Source of the DNA: an uncultured Acidobacteriota bacterium
Lineage (GTDB): Bacteria; Acidobacteriota; Blastocatellia; RBC074
Direction of reading: 5' to 3'
Assembly: GCA_963796275.1 (NCBI GenBank)
Contig: CAWCKY010000004.1
Span: 448,001-512,000 of the forward strand
Length of the DNA stretch: 64,000 nt
The notes under the pieces were generated by a model that was not told where the DNA came from, searched no databases, and saw only the letters and a list, made by a program, of their open reading frames with translations. Position 1 is the first letter of the stretch, and each line of letters starts with the position of its first letter. Of this stretch, positions 63,559 to 64,000 are shown piece by piece. Made by a program: the position numbers and the translations under genes.

Positions 63559-63819
63559 CTATTTTCCATCATTCCTTCGTATCGCCCCCTTCACCTTAAG
63601 GGCTTTCCCATTCAACTCGTGCCCGTTGAATTTTTCTTTGACCTCGTATGCGGCCTCGAGCGAATTCATCTCAACAAGTGCGAAACCCTTTGTGAGACCC
63701 GTCTCTCGATCATCGACCAACTGACACGACTCCACTTGACCTACATTGCTGAAAAGCTCGCGGATTTCCTCACTGGTTGTCTCGGGCGAGAGATTGCCAA
63801 CCCACAACTTGGCTAACAT
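63559..63819 (-). CDS. RRM RNA-binding protein
   Basis: LWVGNL, DRETGLTKGFALVEM, LNGKALKV. Confidence 0.9.
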   Translation of the reverse strand: MLAKLWVGNLSPETTSEEIRELFSNVGQVESCQLVDDRETGLTKGFALVEMNSLEAAYEVKEKFNGHELNGKALKVKGAIRRNDGK

Positions 63820-64000
63820 AACAATTACCCTTTCTGGAATAAATGGAAACATACCGACAGGCTCGCAAGAATAATCTACGAGCCGAGAAAGTCGGCGCAT
63901 ACCTTGGGTTGTGAGCTGTATGTTTCAGATGATCTGGTTGATTCCAGAGGAGCTGATGAAGAGAGTGAGCTACGCTCACTTCTTATCCATCTTGTCGCAA

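Noticed and set aside
63976-64000. Possible 3' end of a minus-strand gene at the window edge (...CDKMDKK*)
   Set aside because: Too short to identify

Overview
Bacterial chromosomal window, most likely Acidobacteriota (Blastocatellia-like; inferred from the ADOP-type permease, the zf-HC2/TPR/CHAT protein, the DUF1549/1553+DUF1501 pair and intergenic 7-9-mer repeats). In order: a hopanoid cluster (shc, which the ORF track missed, plus hpnE/D/C and hpnJ); a candidate 6S-like structured RNA; an orphan mreB paralog; an esterase; DUF1501/DUF1553; rnpB; a Ser/Thr kinase divergent from an ECF sigma/anti-sigma pair with a twice-repeated promoter motif; an OPT transporter and acyl-CoA metabolism genes; a sigma-2-only protein; an ADOP permease; a membrane-anchored TPR-CHAT protease; and a translation/cold-stress-like island (3 RRM proteins, an eRF1-like protein, CarD, FtsH, a B12 radical SAM). 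The most striking element is a tandem of three divergent ClpA/B-type AAA+ genes (46334-55423). They carry HicB-like N-terminal domains and degenerate D1 Walker B motifs, and lack the D2 GYVG loop. Two also end in a domain resembling a class-1 release factor without its GGQ domain. All family assignments are by motif recognition; no searches were run.
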